From the NCBI GenBank assembly GCA_903860135.1, contig CAIOPG010000009.1, forward strand, positions 111,805 through 175,804: a stretch of DNA of 64,000 nt. Reading direction: 5' to 3'. Each line of letters begins with the position of its first letter. The first letter of the stretch is position 1. The stretch comes from Candidatus Omnitrophota bacterium (GTDB taxonomy: Bacteria; Omnitrophota; Gorgyraeia; Zapsychrales; Fredricksoniimonadaceae). The notes beneath the pieces were generated by a model. That model searched no databases and had not been told where the DNA came from. It saw only the letters and a list, made by a program, of their open reading frames with translations. Of this stretch, positions 36,189-46,049 are shown in pieces. Both the position numbers and the translations under genes were made by a program.

Positions 36189-38518
36189 TAAATCTCTCCT
36201 CCGATATTTATAAAGCCTTTAAAAAAGTTATACTCTCCAGCCTCAACAAAAGATTCCTCTTGTTTATGTACCCGCGAGCAATGCAATAATCTGGATTCCG
36301 CCCCATGAAGATGCGCCGCATTTTCAAGCATGATCCTCTGCTGGGGCAACAGATCCGGGATAAATGCAAGCGCTGGCATGGCATCCCCACGCAAAAGCAA
36401 GCCATGATGACCATCTGCTGCACGTGAAGACAGACAAATCCTGAAGAAATCATCTAGCGTAACATCTTCGGGGAAGACATGAACAGCCTCTCCCGCAGAC
36501 CAATGCCGGTACACAGGATCAAGCATAAGGGCTGTCTCATAGACCTTTAACGGGCAGGCTTTTAAAACCTGCATGGATAGATCCAAACGTATCTTTGTAT
36601 CCGAAACAAGTTGAATATCCCATATTTGAGAAACAGGGAGCCATGGCCAACGCCCCACAACGACCAATCGATCAACACCGGCAGATATGACACGCCAAAG
36701 GGCTTGTGTTGAATCATACCAGATCCCATCCGCATATAGCGATGTATACAACCCCATCCCTGTGGTAAGAACATTGGGTGTATGACGTAAACAACACTGG
36801 CCTTCCGAAAAATGTAGATTGAGTTCCATTTTCGTTAAAGTATGGGCAACAACGTTATGATGCGGCAGGATACTACTGCTTTCGTCACGAACCTGTTCGG
36901 ACATCACTTGAAAAGAATAATGATGTTTAATGATAGGTTGCGGATACAATAATTCTTTATCCGCTACGGTTAAGAAATAAAAACAGATTTTACCTTCAGT
37001 ATGCGCATAAGACGCTGTGATCTGATTATCCTGTGATGATACGCACAATACATCATTCTTCAAGCCCATGAAAAACCCTTTTTCTTTTCCACAAAACGAT
37101 GAGTTTTTCATTACCCCAGGCTGGCTGAGCAAACGACACTCCGTGCGCAAACTATCGACAGGTTGTTCATCTAAAGATCGCGTTTCTACCCGGAAATCAA
37201 TGTTCCCATCGGACATGAGGACCCATCGCCAAATTTGAGTCACATGTACCGGCTTAGGCCATCTTAAAAAACAAAGAATAAATGTTTTTGAAACTTTTAT
37301 GATCCTCCAACTGGCCGCAGAAGAAGAAACATCTTTAAAACGTCCTTTATTAAACAAAGTGCGGATACCATCATCATCAGTTAACAAATTATCACTGGAA
37401 AATATTTGCACCCCTAAATTCTGAGGAGATGCAACAACAACCCTGAATCCTTGCGCATCCAAAAGTTCCACGGGGCCCGATCTTCTTGCCTTATTACAAT
37501 TAGTGCGCGACTCCTGGGCCTTACGCCAAATATCCTGCTCATACCGGATGCGTTCTTGCAATTCAAGACTGTTCCGCTGCTCCTGGTCCAAACGCCATTC
37601 AGCTTGTTCGTGACGGATGCGTTCCGCCTGCGCTTTATGCCAGGCCGTTTGCTCAAGTATATTTCTTTCTTCCTGGGCCTTAAGCCAAATTTCTTGATCC
37701 AGTCTACGACGATTTTCTTCATCCTGTTGTCGATCAGCCGCCGCGGCTCTTTCACGTAGATCATCCGCAACTATTTTTGCTCCAAGATATTTATAGGAAC
37801 TTTTATCAACATCTAATGGTAAAAGATACGCCTGAACAACCTCATCGAGCGGGCCATCCTGAAGAATATTACCTTGCCTAAGATACAAACCCCGTGTACA
37901 AACTTGCCGGGCTGTACCAAAATCATGCGTCACAAAGATAATGGTTTTATTCTTTGATTTGAACTCCAATACTTTATCAATACATTTAATCCGGAATCCG
38001 TCATCTCCGACGGCAAGGCAATCATCGATCAGCAAGATGTCCGGATCAACATGAATGGCCAGACTGAACGCCAGACGAACGTACATCCCTTGTGAATAAC
38101 AACGCACCGGAACATCAATAAATTTCCCAATATCCGCAAACCGGAGGATCTGCTCAAGTTTGCTGTTGAGCTCCTCCCGGCTAAAATCATACAGGCTCGC
38201 ATTAAGAAGGAGGTTATCCCGTCCGGTTAATTCCGAATGGAACCCGGCACCAAGATCCAGCAAGCTCGACACTCGGCCATGGATCCTGACCTGACCTTTT
38301 TCTGGCTTCAATAAACCCGCCAAAATACGCAACAGGGTCGACTTCCCGGCACCATTAGGACCGATAATAGCTACAGCTTCACCTTTATGGACAGAAAAAG
38401 ACACATCCTGAAGCGCCTTAAAATTCTCGCGTATGATCTGAGTTTCAGTCTTGATCTCTAATTGATAAGTCTCCGAGATATTGGTCAATTCTATGGCTGT
38501 ATTGTTTTCTGATGTCAT
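36188..38518 (-). CDS. Wzt/TagH/KpsT-like ABC transporter ATP-binding protein with a ~500-aa C-terminal extension (coiled-coil repeats + large beta-rich domain)
   Basis: It has GPNGAGKSTLLRILAGLL and ABC signature and Walker B motifs. This is followed by 4-5 tandem ~15-aa repeats, W(L/H/R)KAQ(E/A)ER..., then about 400 aa of non-NBD sequence. Confidence 0.8.
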   Translation of the reverse strand: MTSENNTAIELTNISETYQLEIKTETQIIRENFKALQDVSFSVHKGEAVAIIGPNGAGKSTLLRILAGLLKPEKGQVRIHGRVSSLLDLGAGFHSELTGRDNLLLNASLYDFSREELNSKLEQILRFADIGKFIDVPVRCYSQGMYVRLAFSLAIHVDPDILLIDDCLAVGDDGFRIKCIDKVLEFKSKNKTIIFVTHDFGTARQVCTRGLYLRQGNILQDGPLDEVVQAYLLPLDVDKSSYKYLGAKIVADDLRERAAAADRQQDEENRRRLDQEIWLKAQEERNILEQTAWHKAQAERIRHEQAEWRLDQEQRNSLELQERIRYEQDIWRKAQESRTNCNKARRSGPVELLDAQGFRVVVASPQNLGVQIFSSDNLLTDDDGIRTLFNKGRFKDVSSSAASWRIIKVSKTFILCFLRWPKPVHVTQIWRWVLMSDGNIDFRVETRSLDEQPVDSLRTECRLLSQPGVMKNSSFCGKEKGFFMGLKNDVLCVSSQDNQITASYAHTEGKICFYFLTVADKELLYPQPIIKHHYSFQVMSEQVRDESSSILPHHNVVAHTLTKMELNLHFSEGQCCLRHTPNVLTTGMGLYTSLYADGIWYDSTQALWRVISAGVDRLVVVGRWPWLPVSQIWDIQLVSDTKIRLDLSMQVLKACPLKVYETALMLDPVYRHWSAGEAVHVFPEDVTLDDFFRICLSSRAADGHHGLLLRGDAMPALAFIPDLLPQQRIMLENAAHLHGAESRLLHCSRVHKQEESFVEAGEYNFFKGFINIGGEI

Positions 38519-39288
38519 ATGCGTTGAAGGAATTTATGTTCTTTATTTAAAAAAATAAACGCGCCTGTAAATAAAGCCAGCATAGATAAAGCTATAGATA
38601 TACCAAACTCGACAAAATCCCATGGGACTCCGTTTAATAATGCCGCCCTGAACAACATCAAGAATGGATAAAATGGATTCCAATCGATCACCACCCTGAA
38701 TTCTGCTGGAACAATATCCACAGCATAGAATACAGGCGTAAGCCATAACCAAAATGTCAAAAAAGTATTCAACATATGCGTAATATCACGCCATTGTACC
38801 GACAAACCGGATAATACCAAAGACAATCCGAGGGTAAATATAAACAATGTAATTAAAGCCACTCCTAATAAAGGTAAAACCATCAACCGTTGCACATCGA
38901 TCATAATAAACAATGGTAAAACGGCTAAAAGACCAATTAAAAATATAACAAAATTTGCCAGTACAACTGAAAGAGGAATGATTTCCCGTGGTAACGGGAA
39001 TTGTTTTAAAACAGCCGCATGCGCGGGGATCGACATAGCTGCTTCCTGTAATGAACCGGCAAAGAACGTCCATGGCAGTAAACCAGAAAGAATATAAAGA
39101 TAAAAGTTGGTAGATGACATCCTGAGAATATGCGTAAACACAAAACTGATGATCAGCGCCAGCAATAACGGATTTATAAATGCCCACAACATCCCCAAAA
39201 AAGAACCGGCATATTTCGCTCTCAGGTTCTTGTTGACCAGATTCCAAATAATTTCACGATGAGTAAAGAATAAAGAAAATATTTTCAC
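38515..39288 (-). CDS. ABC-2 type polysaccharide export permease (Wzm/TagG/KpsM-like)
   Basis: Six TM helices in 257 aa. It is translationally coupled to the ATPase. Confidence 0.8.
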   Translation of the reverse strand: MKIFSLFFTHREIIWNLVNKNLRAKYAGSFLGMLWAFINPLLLALIISFVFTHILRMSSTNFYLYILSGLLPWTFFAGSLQEAAMSIPAHAAVLKQFPLPREIIPLSVVLANFVIFLIGLLAVLPLFIMIDVQRLMVLPLLGVALITLFIFTLGLSLVLSGLSVQWRDITHMLNTFLTFWLWLTPVFYAVDIVPAEFRVVIDWNPFYPFLMLFRAALLNGVPWDFVEFGISIALSMLALFTGAFIFLNKEHKFLQRI

Positions 39289-40601
39289 AATAAGATCAAT
39301 CCTGGGTCATTAAGCATGCGCGGAATCCCCTTGCCTTCCAGTATCACATCTTCCATCGACATATACCGCCAACCACCATAACGGCCACAGCACAGCACCC
39401 GGTGCTTGCGTAAAAAAGCAAGGATGACTTGCCGGGCAGACGCGTAATTATTGTCATAAATAGGATAGCCAAAAACAATATCATTAACATCACGGCATTC
39501 AATATTATCTCCAGTATTTAACAAACCTACTTTCCTGAGATCTTTTTCAATACGCGCAATAATAGTTTCCCTGTTTATCGGTTTATACCTGGAATAGGAA
39601 ACTTCAGCATATAAAGAAGTCATACCGGGTGGCGTTAAATCAGCAGAGAAATTATGAAAAAAGCCGACTCTAAAGAAACACAGGTTTTCTTGAGGGAAAT
39701 ATATCCAATGCCGCGAAGATGGATTCTCTTGCCGTAACCCAAAATTAACATTAAATATTGAATTCCAGCGGAGTGCTCCGAAAGCCCGCGCCACATCAGC
39801 AGGAAGATCCTTGATTAAACTCCCAAGTTCGGGCAAAGGGATGGTTGAAACAAGATCGCTGAATTCTCTCTTCTCGCCATTGGTAAAGACCATCCGTCTT
39901 TGTTGCAGATCTATCTCTGCCAGACAAAAATTATGATAGATATTGCGGATATCATTGGCGAATGCTGAAGCCAACTGTCCTATCCCACCTTTACGCGGAT
40001 ACCAGAAATGCGAGTTATAGCCCAACAATTGACGGCTATCATGTACAGCCCCATCGATCACACGATCCATACTGGGCAGAGGGATAAAGCCATCCAACCA
40101 TTCCCCGGTCATCTGCCGTGGATGAACAGTCCAGAACTTTGTATTGTACGGGATCATAAAATGACCTGCTATTCCGTCGCCAAAAGTTCCTTCGATCCAC
40201 TTTAGAAAGTTTTCTTTTCCGGGATCTTGCGTGGTGCGTTTAGCCTTGATGAATCCGGTCAAACATTCCTTAAGAACAGGCCGCGATAAACCATAAAGAT
40301 TCGCCTGAAATGGATAACGGATATAACGTTCATCACAATAAACCCAGGAATCCCGGCGATGCTTGACAAGATTATCTTTCAATAATTTACGCACAAGATC
40401 AAAAACTTCTCGATGACGAAAATGTAAAACATGACCATCATAATCAAACGTGAAACCACTGATCTTCTTGGAACGGCACAACCCCCCCGATGTTGTATTC
40501 TTTTCATAAAGACAACACGGGATATCTCTTTCTTGTAAATGCCATGCTGTGCTTAAGCCAGCCAGTCCAGCACCAATGATACTCACACCATTACGCGCCA
40601 T
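39285..40601 (-). CDS. FAD-dependent oxidoreductase, UDP-galactopyranose-mutase-like
   Basis: It has the N-terminal dinucleotide motif IIGAGLAGLS and a C-terminal segment CCGRYGGWRYMSMEDV resembling the UGM GRLGTYRYLDMD. Confidence 0.5.
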   Translation of the reverse strand: MARNGVSIIGAGLAGLSTAWHLQERDIPCCLYEKNTTSGGLCRSKKISGFTFDYDGHVLHFRHREVFDLVRKLLKDNLVKHRRDSWVYCDERYIRYPFQANLYGLSRPVLKECLTGFIKAKRTTQDPGKENFLKWIEGTFGDGIAGHFMIPYNTKFWTVHPRQMTGEWLDGFIPLPSMDRVIDGAVHDSRQLLGYNSHFWYPRKGGIGQLASAFANDIRNIYHNFCLAEIDLQQRRMVFTNGEKREFSDLVSTIPLPELGSLIKDLPADVARAFGALRWNSIFNVNFGLRQENPSSRHWIYFPQENLCFFRVGFFHNFSADLTPPGMTSLYAEVSYSRYKPINRETIIARIEKDLRKVGLLNTGDNIECRDVNDIVFGYPIYDNNYASARQVILAFLRKHRVLCCGRYGGWRYMSMEDVILEGKGIPRMLNDPGLILL

Positions 40602-41583
40602 GTTCCTCCAAGAATAATAACAAAAAGATCATAAGAATACTGACCACAACAACGATTAACGCCATAGACCAAGCCAAAGGAACAGTAAAAGATCTATAAA
40701 GATATATCCCGAGAATGGAAAACAACCCTGCCATAGCAGACATACCCAATAAAACTTGCTGACGGGTGAACCCACGCCCAAGGAATCTTAACGCCAGATG
40801 ATCATCACTTTTTTGCAGTGGATTAATCTTTTTTCTTAATCGAAAAAAAACAAGGCAAACTGTTTCAAACACAGGCAACCAAAGGATCATCAAGACACTA
40901 AACCCCATGGCCATACTCGGGACATCCCCCAGAAGCGTCAGCGTCAATGCTGCCAGAATAAACCCCAAACAATGACTCCCGGCATTGCCCAGATATATTT
41001 TTGCAGGGGGAAAATTTAGGAAAAGGAAACCTAAAATAGCAGGCACAAGTACACATGCTATTACGGCAACATCCCGGCAGTCTGTCATGGCAGCGATACA
41101 GCCAACTGTTACAACAGCCAATAATGTAATGACGGAACAAACCCCATCACTGACGTCCAAGAGATTAAAAGCATTGGTTAATCCAACGATCCATAATAAA
41201 TTCAGGATGAAACTACCCGGATCACCGATCACAGGAAGATGAATGCCTATGCCACAAAAAAGCAAACCTAAAGCACACATGATCTGCCACAAGAACTTCT
41301 GCAAAATAGAAGCTGATTTCCAGTCATCACAAACACCAAATATCAAAATGATCAGAGACCAGAAAGAAATGCTGATGATGCGTTCATATGGATAAGTAAC
41401 AAACAAGAATATCTTATTAAAGAATAAGGTCAGAAGAAGTATTGCCACAATTGCAATACCCCCCACTAAAGGGATACCCCCATCGAGAAGGATATTTCGG
41501 TCTTTTGAAATATTACCTAACATTTTCGATAGAAGAAAAGATAAACATAAAATGATAATGAAAGAAATTAGTGGGAAGGACAT
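40591..41583 (-). CDS. Polyprenyl-phosphate sugar-1-phosphate transferase (WecA/WbpL/MraY family, GT4 membrane)
   Basis: Ten or more TM helices with the NAFNLLDVSDGVCS motif (family NAxNxxDGxDGL). It would be the initiating enzyme. Confidence 0.75.
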   Translation of the reverse strand: MSFPLISFIIILCLSFLLSKMLGNISKDRNILLDGGIPLVGGIAIVAILLLTLFFNKIFLFVTYPYERIISISFWSLIILIFGVCDDWKSASILQKFLWQIMCALGLLFCGIGIHLPVIGDPGSFILNLLWIVGLTNAFNLLDVSDGVCSVITLLAVVTVGCIAAMTDCRDVAVIACVLVPAILGFLFLNFPPAKIYLGNAGSHCLGFILAALTLTLLGDVPSMAMGFSVLMILWLPVFETVCLVFFRLRKKINPLQKSDDHLALRFLGRGFTRQQVLLGMSAMAGLFSILGIYLYRSFTVPLAWSMALIVVVVSILMIFLLLFLEEHGA

Positions 41584-42749
41584 TCCGTCATCCGTAGCAG
41601 ACCTTGAAGATAAACTTGCTCGATGGATCGCGATGTTCCTTCGATGGAGAACTCCTCGGACATAACCTTTAAATTAGCGTTTATCGCTAGTCGTTGCCTG
41701 ATCGCCGTATTCTTAAGCAAGAAAGCAACTTTAGCTGTCATTGCTGGATAGTTCCCCGGTTCAACCAATTCACCAGTCTCTCCAGGTATAATGACATCAC
41801 CAACGCCGCCTGTATCAGTCGCTATAACCGCAATGTTCGCAGCCATGGCCTCCAGAACAACCACCGGAAGTCCCTCGTACAACGATGTCAATATAAAAAC
41901 ATCCATAATACTGAGAATATCAGGGATATCATCTCTCCAGCCAGTCAATATTACATCAGAGACGAGATCATTGTCATGCAAAAAAGAATTAATCTTAACT
42001 TTAAATACACCATCCCCAACCATAAGAAACTTCACCTCCGGGATTGTCTGCTTCAACTCTTTAGCCATACGCAAGAAAGACAACGGATCTTTCTGCGGCT
42101 TCCAGCAAGCAACCGTACCAACGATCTGACAATCAGGGGATATCCCGAGTCTTGTTCGTATCATCCTGTTTGAGGCAACAGGACGTTGATAATCATTGAA
42201 GCGAATGCCACATCGGATAAGAACGTAAGCATCTAATGGCTTTATGGCCAATTTAAGCCCACGCGCTTGATCCATCGATGCCACAACGATCAAAACATGC
42301 GTGAAGCGTGCGCAGAGCCGCTCGAGTGCTACAGCAATCCAATAAGCATATTTGGACTGATAACTATTAAAACTCCAACCATGAACCGTATGCACAATAA
42401 ATTTTACTCCGGCTAACCGTGCGGCTATACGACCAATAACACCAGCTTTTGAACTATGTGTATGCACGATCTCGAACCTGTTTTTCTTAATAAAGAAATA
42501 AAGATCGATCAGAGCCAAAATATCTTTAAACGGGGAAAAGTCCCTGTCTAGGAAAGAAGAAAAAAACACCCGTACACCGGGTAATGAGCAAAAGCTTTCG
42601 GCAAGATAACCATTTTTTGCTGTATAGAGATTGAGCTCAAAAAGCGTTTTATCAATATTTTCTAATAATGATAAAACATGCTTTTGGGCGCCGCCTAATT
42701 CAGGTTTGGTCAGCACAAAGAGTACCCGAATCATTGACACTAACTCCAA
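41568..42749 (-). CDS. Glycosyltransferase family 4
   Basis: GT-B fold with EGLPVVVLEAMAANIAVIATDTGG. Confidence 0.8.
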   Translation of the reverse strand: MELVSMIRVLFVLTKPELGGAQKHVLSLLENIDKTLFELNLYTAKNGYLAESFCSLPGVRVFFSSFLDRDFSPFKDILALIDLYFFIKKNRFEIVHTHSSKAGVIGRIAARLAGVKFIVHTVHGWSFNSYQSKYAYWIAVALERLCARFTHVLIVVASMDQARGLKLAIKPLDAYVLIRCGIRFNDYQRPVASNRMIRTRLGISPDCQIVGTVACWKPQKDPLSFLRMAKELKQTIPEVKFLMVGDGVFKVKINSFLHDNDLVSDVILTGWRDDIPDILSIMDVFILTSLYEGLPVVVLEAMAANIAVIATDTGGVGDVIIPGETGELVEPGNYPAMTAKVAFLLKNTAIRQRLAINANLKVMSEEFSIEGTSRSIEQVYLQGLLRMTECPSH

Positions 42750-42797
42750 AAAAAATAAATAAAATGGTAAAAGATTATATGATGATACAATTAAAAA

Positions 42798-43967
42798 ATG
42801 ATTTATGCACTTGCTATCTTCATCTTCTTGCGTCCTTTTATTTGCTCCCCTGCATTTCCAAAAATCAACTTGTTCTACGCTATAGCTTTATTTATTTTTC
42901 TTTTAATATGGATACTCCTGAAAAAACCAAGACTGCCGGAGAAAAATATTTTTGGCGGCATCATGGCTTTTTCCGGCAGTCTTGCCATAGCGGCAATCCT
43001 TACAAAGTCACCCACATCAATGCTGATGAACGTGTTGCAATATATGAGTGGTATCCTGCTTTTTTTAATCTGCCGCGTGATGCCTTATGCTCAAACGGAT
43101 AAAATACTTCAAACCATCATCGCCTCCGGCATAACCATTTGTCTCCTAGGATTACATCAATTCTTTTTTGATTTCCCGGGCACACTCCATTATCTGAATA
43201 ATCCTCAGGTCGTTGATCCTTTGGTTACACAATTTATCCAACAAAAACGTGTCTATTCAGTCCTGATAACACCCAATACGCTTGGTGCCTACCTGATCAT
43301 GCTTTTGCCACTGTTTTTATTTCTAAGGAACAAAATATGGTTATTGCCACTGGGAGGAGTTCTGATCCTGACAAAGTCGATCGGCACTTTTTTGACACTA
43401 CTTATTACTTTCCCGTTCTATGCCTATCAACGCCGACTTTCTAATCTTTCTATCTTTTTTCTATTCTTGGGGGTCATCCTCACAAGCATAGGTATCATCT
43501 GGTGGCGTTCATCTACTCCCACACACGATTTTAATCCCGGCTTCTCTTTGGATATGCGCTGGCAATACTGGAAAGAAACCTGGGCTATTATAAAACTTCA
43601 CCCGATCACCGGCATAGGACTCGGGAATTTCAATCTCCCTGATGCCCGTTACACACACAATCTTTTTCTTCAACTTTGGGCCGAAACAGGCATCGCCGGA
43701 ATGCTTTCTTTCATATACTTGATAAGCCTGCTCCTACATAAAGCATGGCAAACCATGAATACGACTTTATCCCCCCAACGTCCCACAGCCCTCTTTTTTG
43801 CTGTTACTGTTTTTCTCGTGCACAATATGATTGATTTTTCATTCTTTCTTCCGGAAGTTTCCCTGATATGGTGTGTTCTCCTAGGGCTTGCCTGCAACCC
43901 CTCTGCCCCACCAGACGTTGCCTCCATGCCCGTTGGAAACAACTCAAATCAGACCAAAAGCCTCTGA
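42798..43967 (+). CDS. O-antigen ligase/polymerase-like (Wzy_C family) membrane protein
   Basis: About 10 TM helices with a large loop containing H(N)xxxxxWAE (HNLFLQLWAETGIAG). The start codon is uncertain because only 48 bp separate it from the divergent gene. Confidence 0.65.
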   Translation: MIYALAIFIFLRPFICSPAFPKINLFYAIALFIFLLIWILLKKPRLPEKNIFGGIMAFSGSLAIAAILTKSPTSMLMNVLQYMSGILLFLICRVMPYAQTDKILQTIIASGITICLLGLHQFFFDFPGTLHYLNNPQVVDPLVTQFIQQKRVYSVLITPNTLGAYLIMLLPLFLFLRNKIWLLPLGGVLILTKSIGTFLTLLITFPFYAYQRRLSNLSIFFLFLGVILTSIGIIWWRSSTPTHDFNPGFSLDMRWQYWKETWAIIKLHPITGIGLGNFNLPDARYTHNLFLQLWAETGIAGMLSFIYLISLLLHKAWQTMNTTLSPQRPTALFFAVTVFLVHNMIDFSFFLPEVSLIWCVLLGLACNPSAPPDVASMPVGNNSNQTKSL

Positions 43968-44835
43968 ACACCCTCTGACGGAAAATCACGACATATCCCC
44001 AGGCCAATATGTCATAACCCACGACAGGTATCAGACAAATAAATAACCGCCACCAGGCTTCATTCTTGATAAGCACAAGGTAACGATTCCTGAGTAAAAG
44101 AATATTCAATTCATCATTGAGGTATCGCCGTGCCAGTGGCAAGACACGCTCATTATTCTGACGCACCGTGCCGCCACGCACATGAAAAGCAACAGCTTTG
44201 GCAACATAATAGGCCGACCAGCCACGCCGCTGACCTCGCCAGGAAATATCAATATCCTCAAAGAATATCCGGAAGTCCGGATCAAACCAGTTTCCCCCTT
44301 CGCGAACATCATCTAGCATCTTGCGCCGGAAAAGAGCCGCCGCGCAATTCACCGCAAAAACATACCCGGAACAATTAAACTGCCCGTGATCCTGTTCCCC
44401 GTAACCCCGCTCTCTGGGTGTACGCCACAAGGTTAAGCTCATTCCGGTACTATCGACTGTCTTGGCATCCAGACGAAGGATCTTGCCCGTAACCATCCCA
44501 ACCCTGGCAGAAACCTTAAACCCTTCCAAGGCTTCGCTCAAGAAAGAAGGCTCAAGGCAAACATCATCATTTAAACATAAAACGTACTCTCCCCGGGATT
44601 GAGCGATCCCCTGATTCAAGGCCTCGCAATACATCAGATTCCTGCTCGCAGAAATAATTTTAACCGAAGGATATTGAAAAGATACTCTGGCACGGACCGC
44701 TGCAGCTAACGAATTATCAATAACAATGATCTCAACATGAGCATACGTTTGGAGGGCTATGGTCTGCAAGCAAGATAAGAAATAATCATTGACCCCACAG
44801 GTCACCATCACGATGCTGACAACATCATCTTTCAT
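43804..44835 (-). CDS. Glycosyltransferase family 2
   Basis: SIVMVTCGVNDYFLSCLQTIALQTYAHVEIIVIDNS. Its 3' end overlaps the convergent ligase ORF by 164 nt. Confidence 0.75.
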   Translation of the reverse strand: MKDDVVSIVMVTCGVNDYFLSCLQTIALQTYAHVEIIVIDNSLAAAVRARVSFQYPSVKIISASRNLMYCEALNQGIAQSRGEYVLCLNDDVCLEPSFLSEALEGFKVSARVGMVTGKILRLDAKTVDSTGMSLTLWRTPRERGYGEQDHGQFNCSGYVFAVNCAAALFRRKMLDDVREGGNWFDPDFRIFFEDIDISWRGQRRGWSAYYVAKAVAFHVRGGTVRQNNERVLPLARRYLNDELNILLLRNRYLVLIKNEAWWRLFICLIPVVGYDILAWGYVVIFRQRVFRGFWSDLSCFQRAWRQRLVGQRGCRQALGEHTISGKLPEERMKNQSYCAREKQ

Positions 44836-45046
44836 TGGCGTTTCCTACCTTTTGAATAGAATGAAAATATTGCGTGTCTTTAAGACCAGGCGACGGGACA
44901 ACATCCCCGTAAAAAGTGGCTTTAAGAAATCGTGAGTTCACATTATGCTCTAAAAACAAGCTCTGAATATATAAAAACGACAATATACACTGACGTCGAA
45001 CAACGGACCTTAACGCCTTTCGATAGATACCTCACGAATTAGAAAG

Positions 45047-45131
45047 ATCAGAACCTATGAAACGGACAGAACCAAATGCAAACACCGATCAAAACAATAA
45101 CACCTAAAATAACTGCAAATGTCTTACTCAT
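45047..45131 (-). CDS. 27-aa hydrophobic micro-ORF (MSKTFAVILGVIVLIGVCIWFCPFHRF) with a strong AGGAGG Shine-Dalgarno
   Basis: The ATG lies 7 nt downstream of AGGAGGA. The peptide is a single TM helix. It is not in the ORF track because it is shorter than 60 aa. Confidence 0.35.
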
Positions 45132-45186
45132 GTGAATCCTCCTTGTTTAGCAAACAATAAACCTCACAAAACGTCCCCAATGCTTG

Positions 45187-45552
45187 TTAGTGACAATCGT
45201 GATGAGCACAGGCATTCTGAACAGATATCTCCTCAAGCTTGCCACTGGCAAACTGGACCGCAACATCAGCAACCGTCCCGGAAATTGCCCGATAAACCTT
45301 GATCCCTCCCTGATTCAACTTCTGGATCGCGCCAGAACCTGCACCACCTGTCACAACTGCATTCACGCTCTTCCCGGCAATCGCCGCCATCGGCTGGCAC
45401 ATCCCGTGCGCATGGTGCTGGTTGGCATTGGTAATGATCTCAACAGAGCCGTTGTCTGTGTCGTAAATCGTGAAGAATGGCGCACTGCCAAAATGACCAA
45501 AAACCGTTGCTTCTTTACCTTTGTTCGTTTCTGTGGGGATACAAATCTTCAT
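45187..45552 (-). CDS. NifX/NifB-C-terminal-domain-like (dinitrogenase FeMo-cofactor-binding fold) small protein
   Basis: KICIPTE ... ATVFGHFGSAPFFTIYD matches the family consensus. The preferred start is M18, which gives an ATGA overlap with the DUF134 stop. Confidence 0.7.
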   Translation of the reverse strand: MKICIPTETNKGKEATVFGHFGSAPFFTIYDTDNGSVEIITNANQHHAHGMCQPMAAIAGKSVNAVVTGGAGSGAIQKLNQGGIKVYRAISGTVADVAVQFASGKLEEISVQNACAHHDCH

Positions 45553-45872
45553 TTCTCGACTTCTTTTGTTTGTTGGTTTAATTTCTTGGCGAATCTGGGA
45601 CAATTTATACGAAGCGCTTTCCCTCTAATAAGTGCTTCAGCAATCTTGGCATGAGCACGATTGATAATGTTGCCAAATGTCGGGCGTGAAATACCCATTT
45701 GTACCGCCGCCTCTTCTTGATATTTTCCTTCAAGATCAGCAAGACGCACCGCTTCCATCTCATCCACCTCAAGGACGATCTCGGATAGTTCTGTCATGGG
45801 AATACCGCGTGGCTTAAAGTAAGCCGTCTTCAGATCAAGACACACGGTTCTTTTCTTATAAGGTCTTGGCAT
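45549..45872 (-). CDS. DUF134/UPF0251-family small DNA-binding protein (sigma-70 region-4-like HTH)
   Basis: It has VDEMEAVRLADLEGKYQEEAAVQMGISRPTFGNIINRAHAKIAEAL. It forms a classic pair with the NifX-like gene. Confidence 0.7.
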   Translation of the reverse strand: MPRPYKKRTVCLDLKTAYFKPRGIPMTELSEIVLEVDEMEAVRLADLEGKYQEEAAVQMGISRPTFGNIINRAHAKIAEALIRGKALRINCPRFAKKLNQQTKEVEK

Positions 45873-45921
45873 GATTACCTCTTAACTTTCATTATTAGCA
45901 TATGTCAATAATAACAGCAAA

Positions 45922-45960
45922 AAAATATATGTCAATTACTCATACTAAACGGAACATGTT
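45922..45960. promoter_or_regulatory. Direct repeat ATATGTCAAT x2 (29-nt spacing) upstream of the DUF134 gene
   Basis: The sequence is gcATATGTCAATaataacagcaaaaaaatATATGTCAATtactc, 50-90 nt 5' of the minus-strand DUF134 start. Confidence 0.35.
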
Positions 45961-46032
45961 TAGCGGGGCTTCGGGTCGGCCACTCGCCCCGCCTATAGGA
46001 CGCTCCTATTCGTCGCGTCCAGCGGAGCTCAA

Positions 46033-46049
46033 GTTCGAATCCATGCCTC
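46033..46049 (+). other. 16-nt tRNA 3'-end fragment (T-loop to acceptor) in inverted orientation relative to the adjacent tRNA-Tyr
   Basis: GTTCGAATCCATGCCT on the plus strand is identical to tRNA-Tyr positions 53-68, which are encoded on the minus strand 60 nt away. No cloverleaf can be folded around it. Confidence 0.4.
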
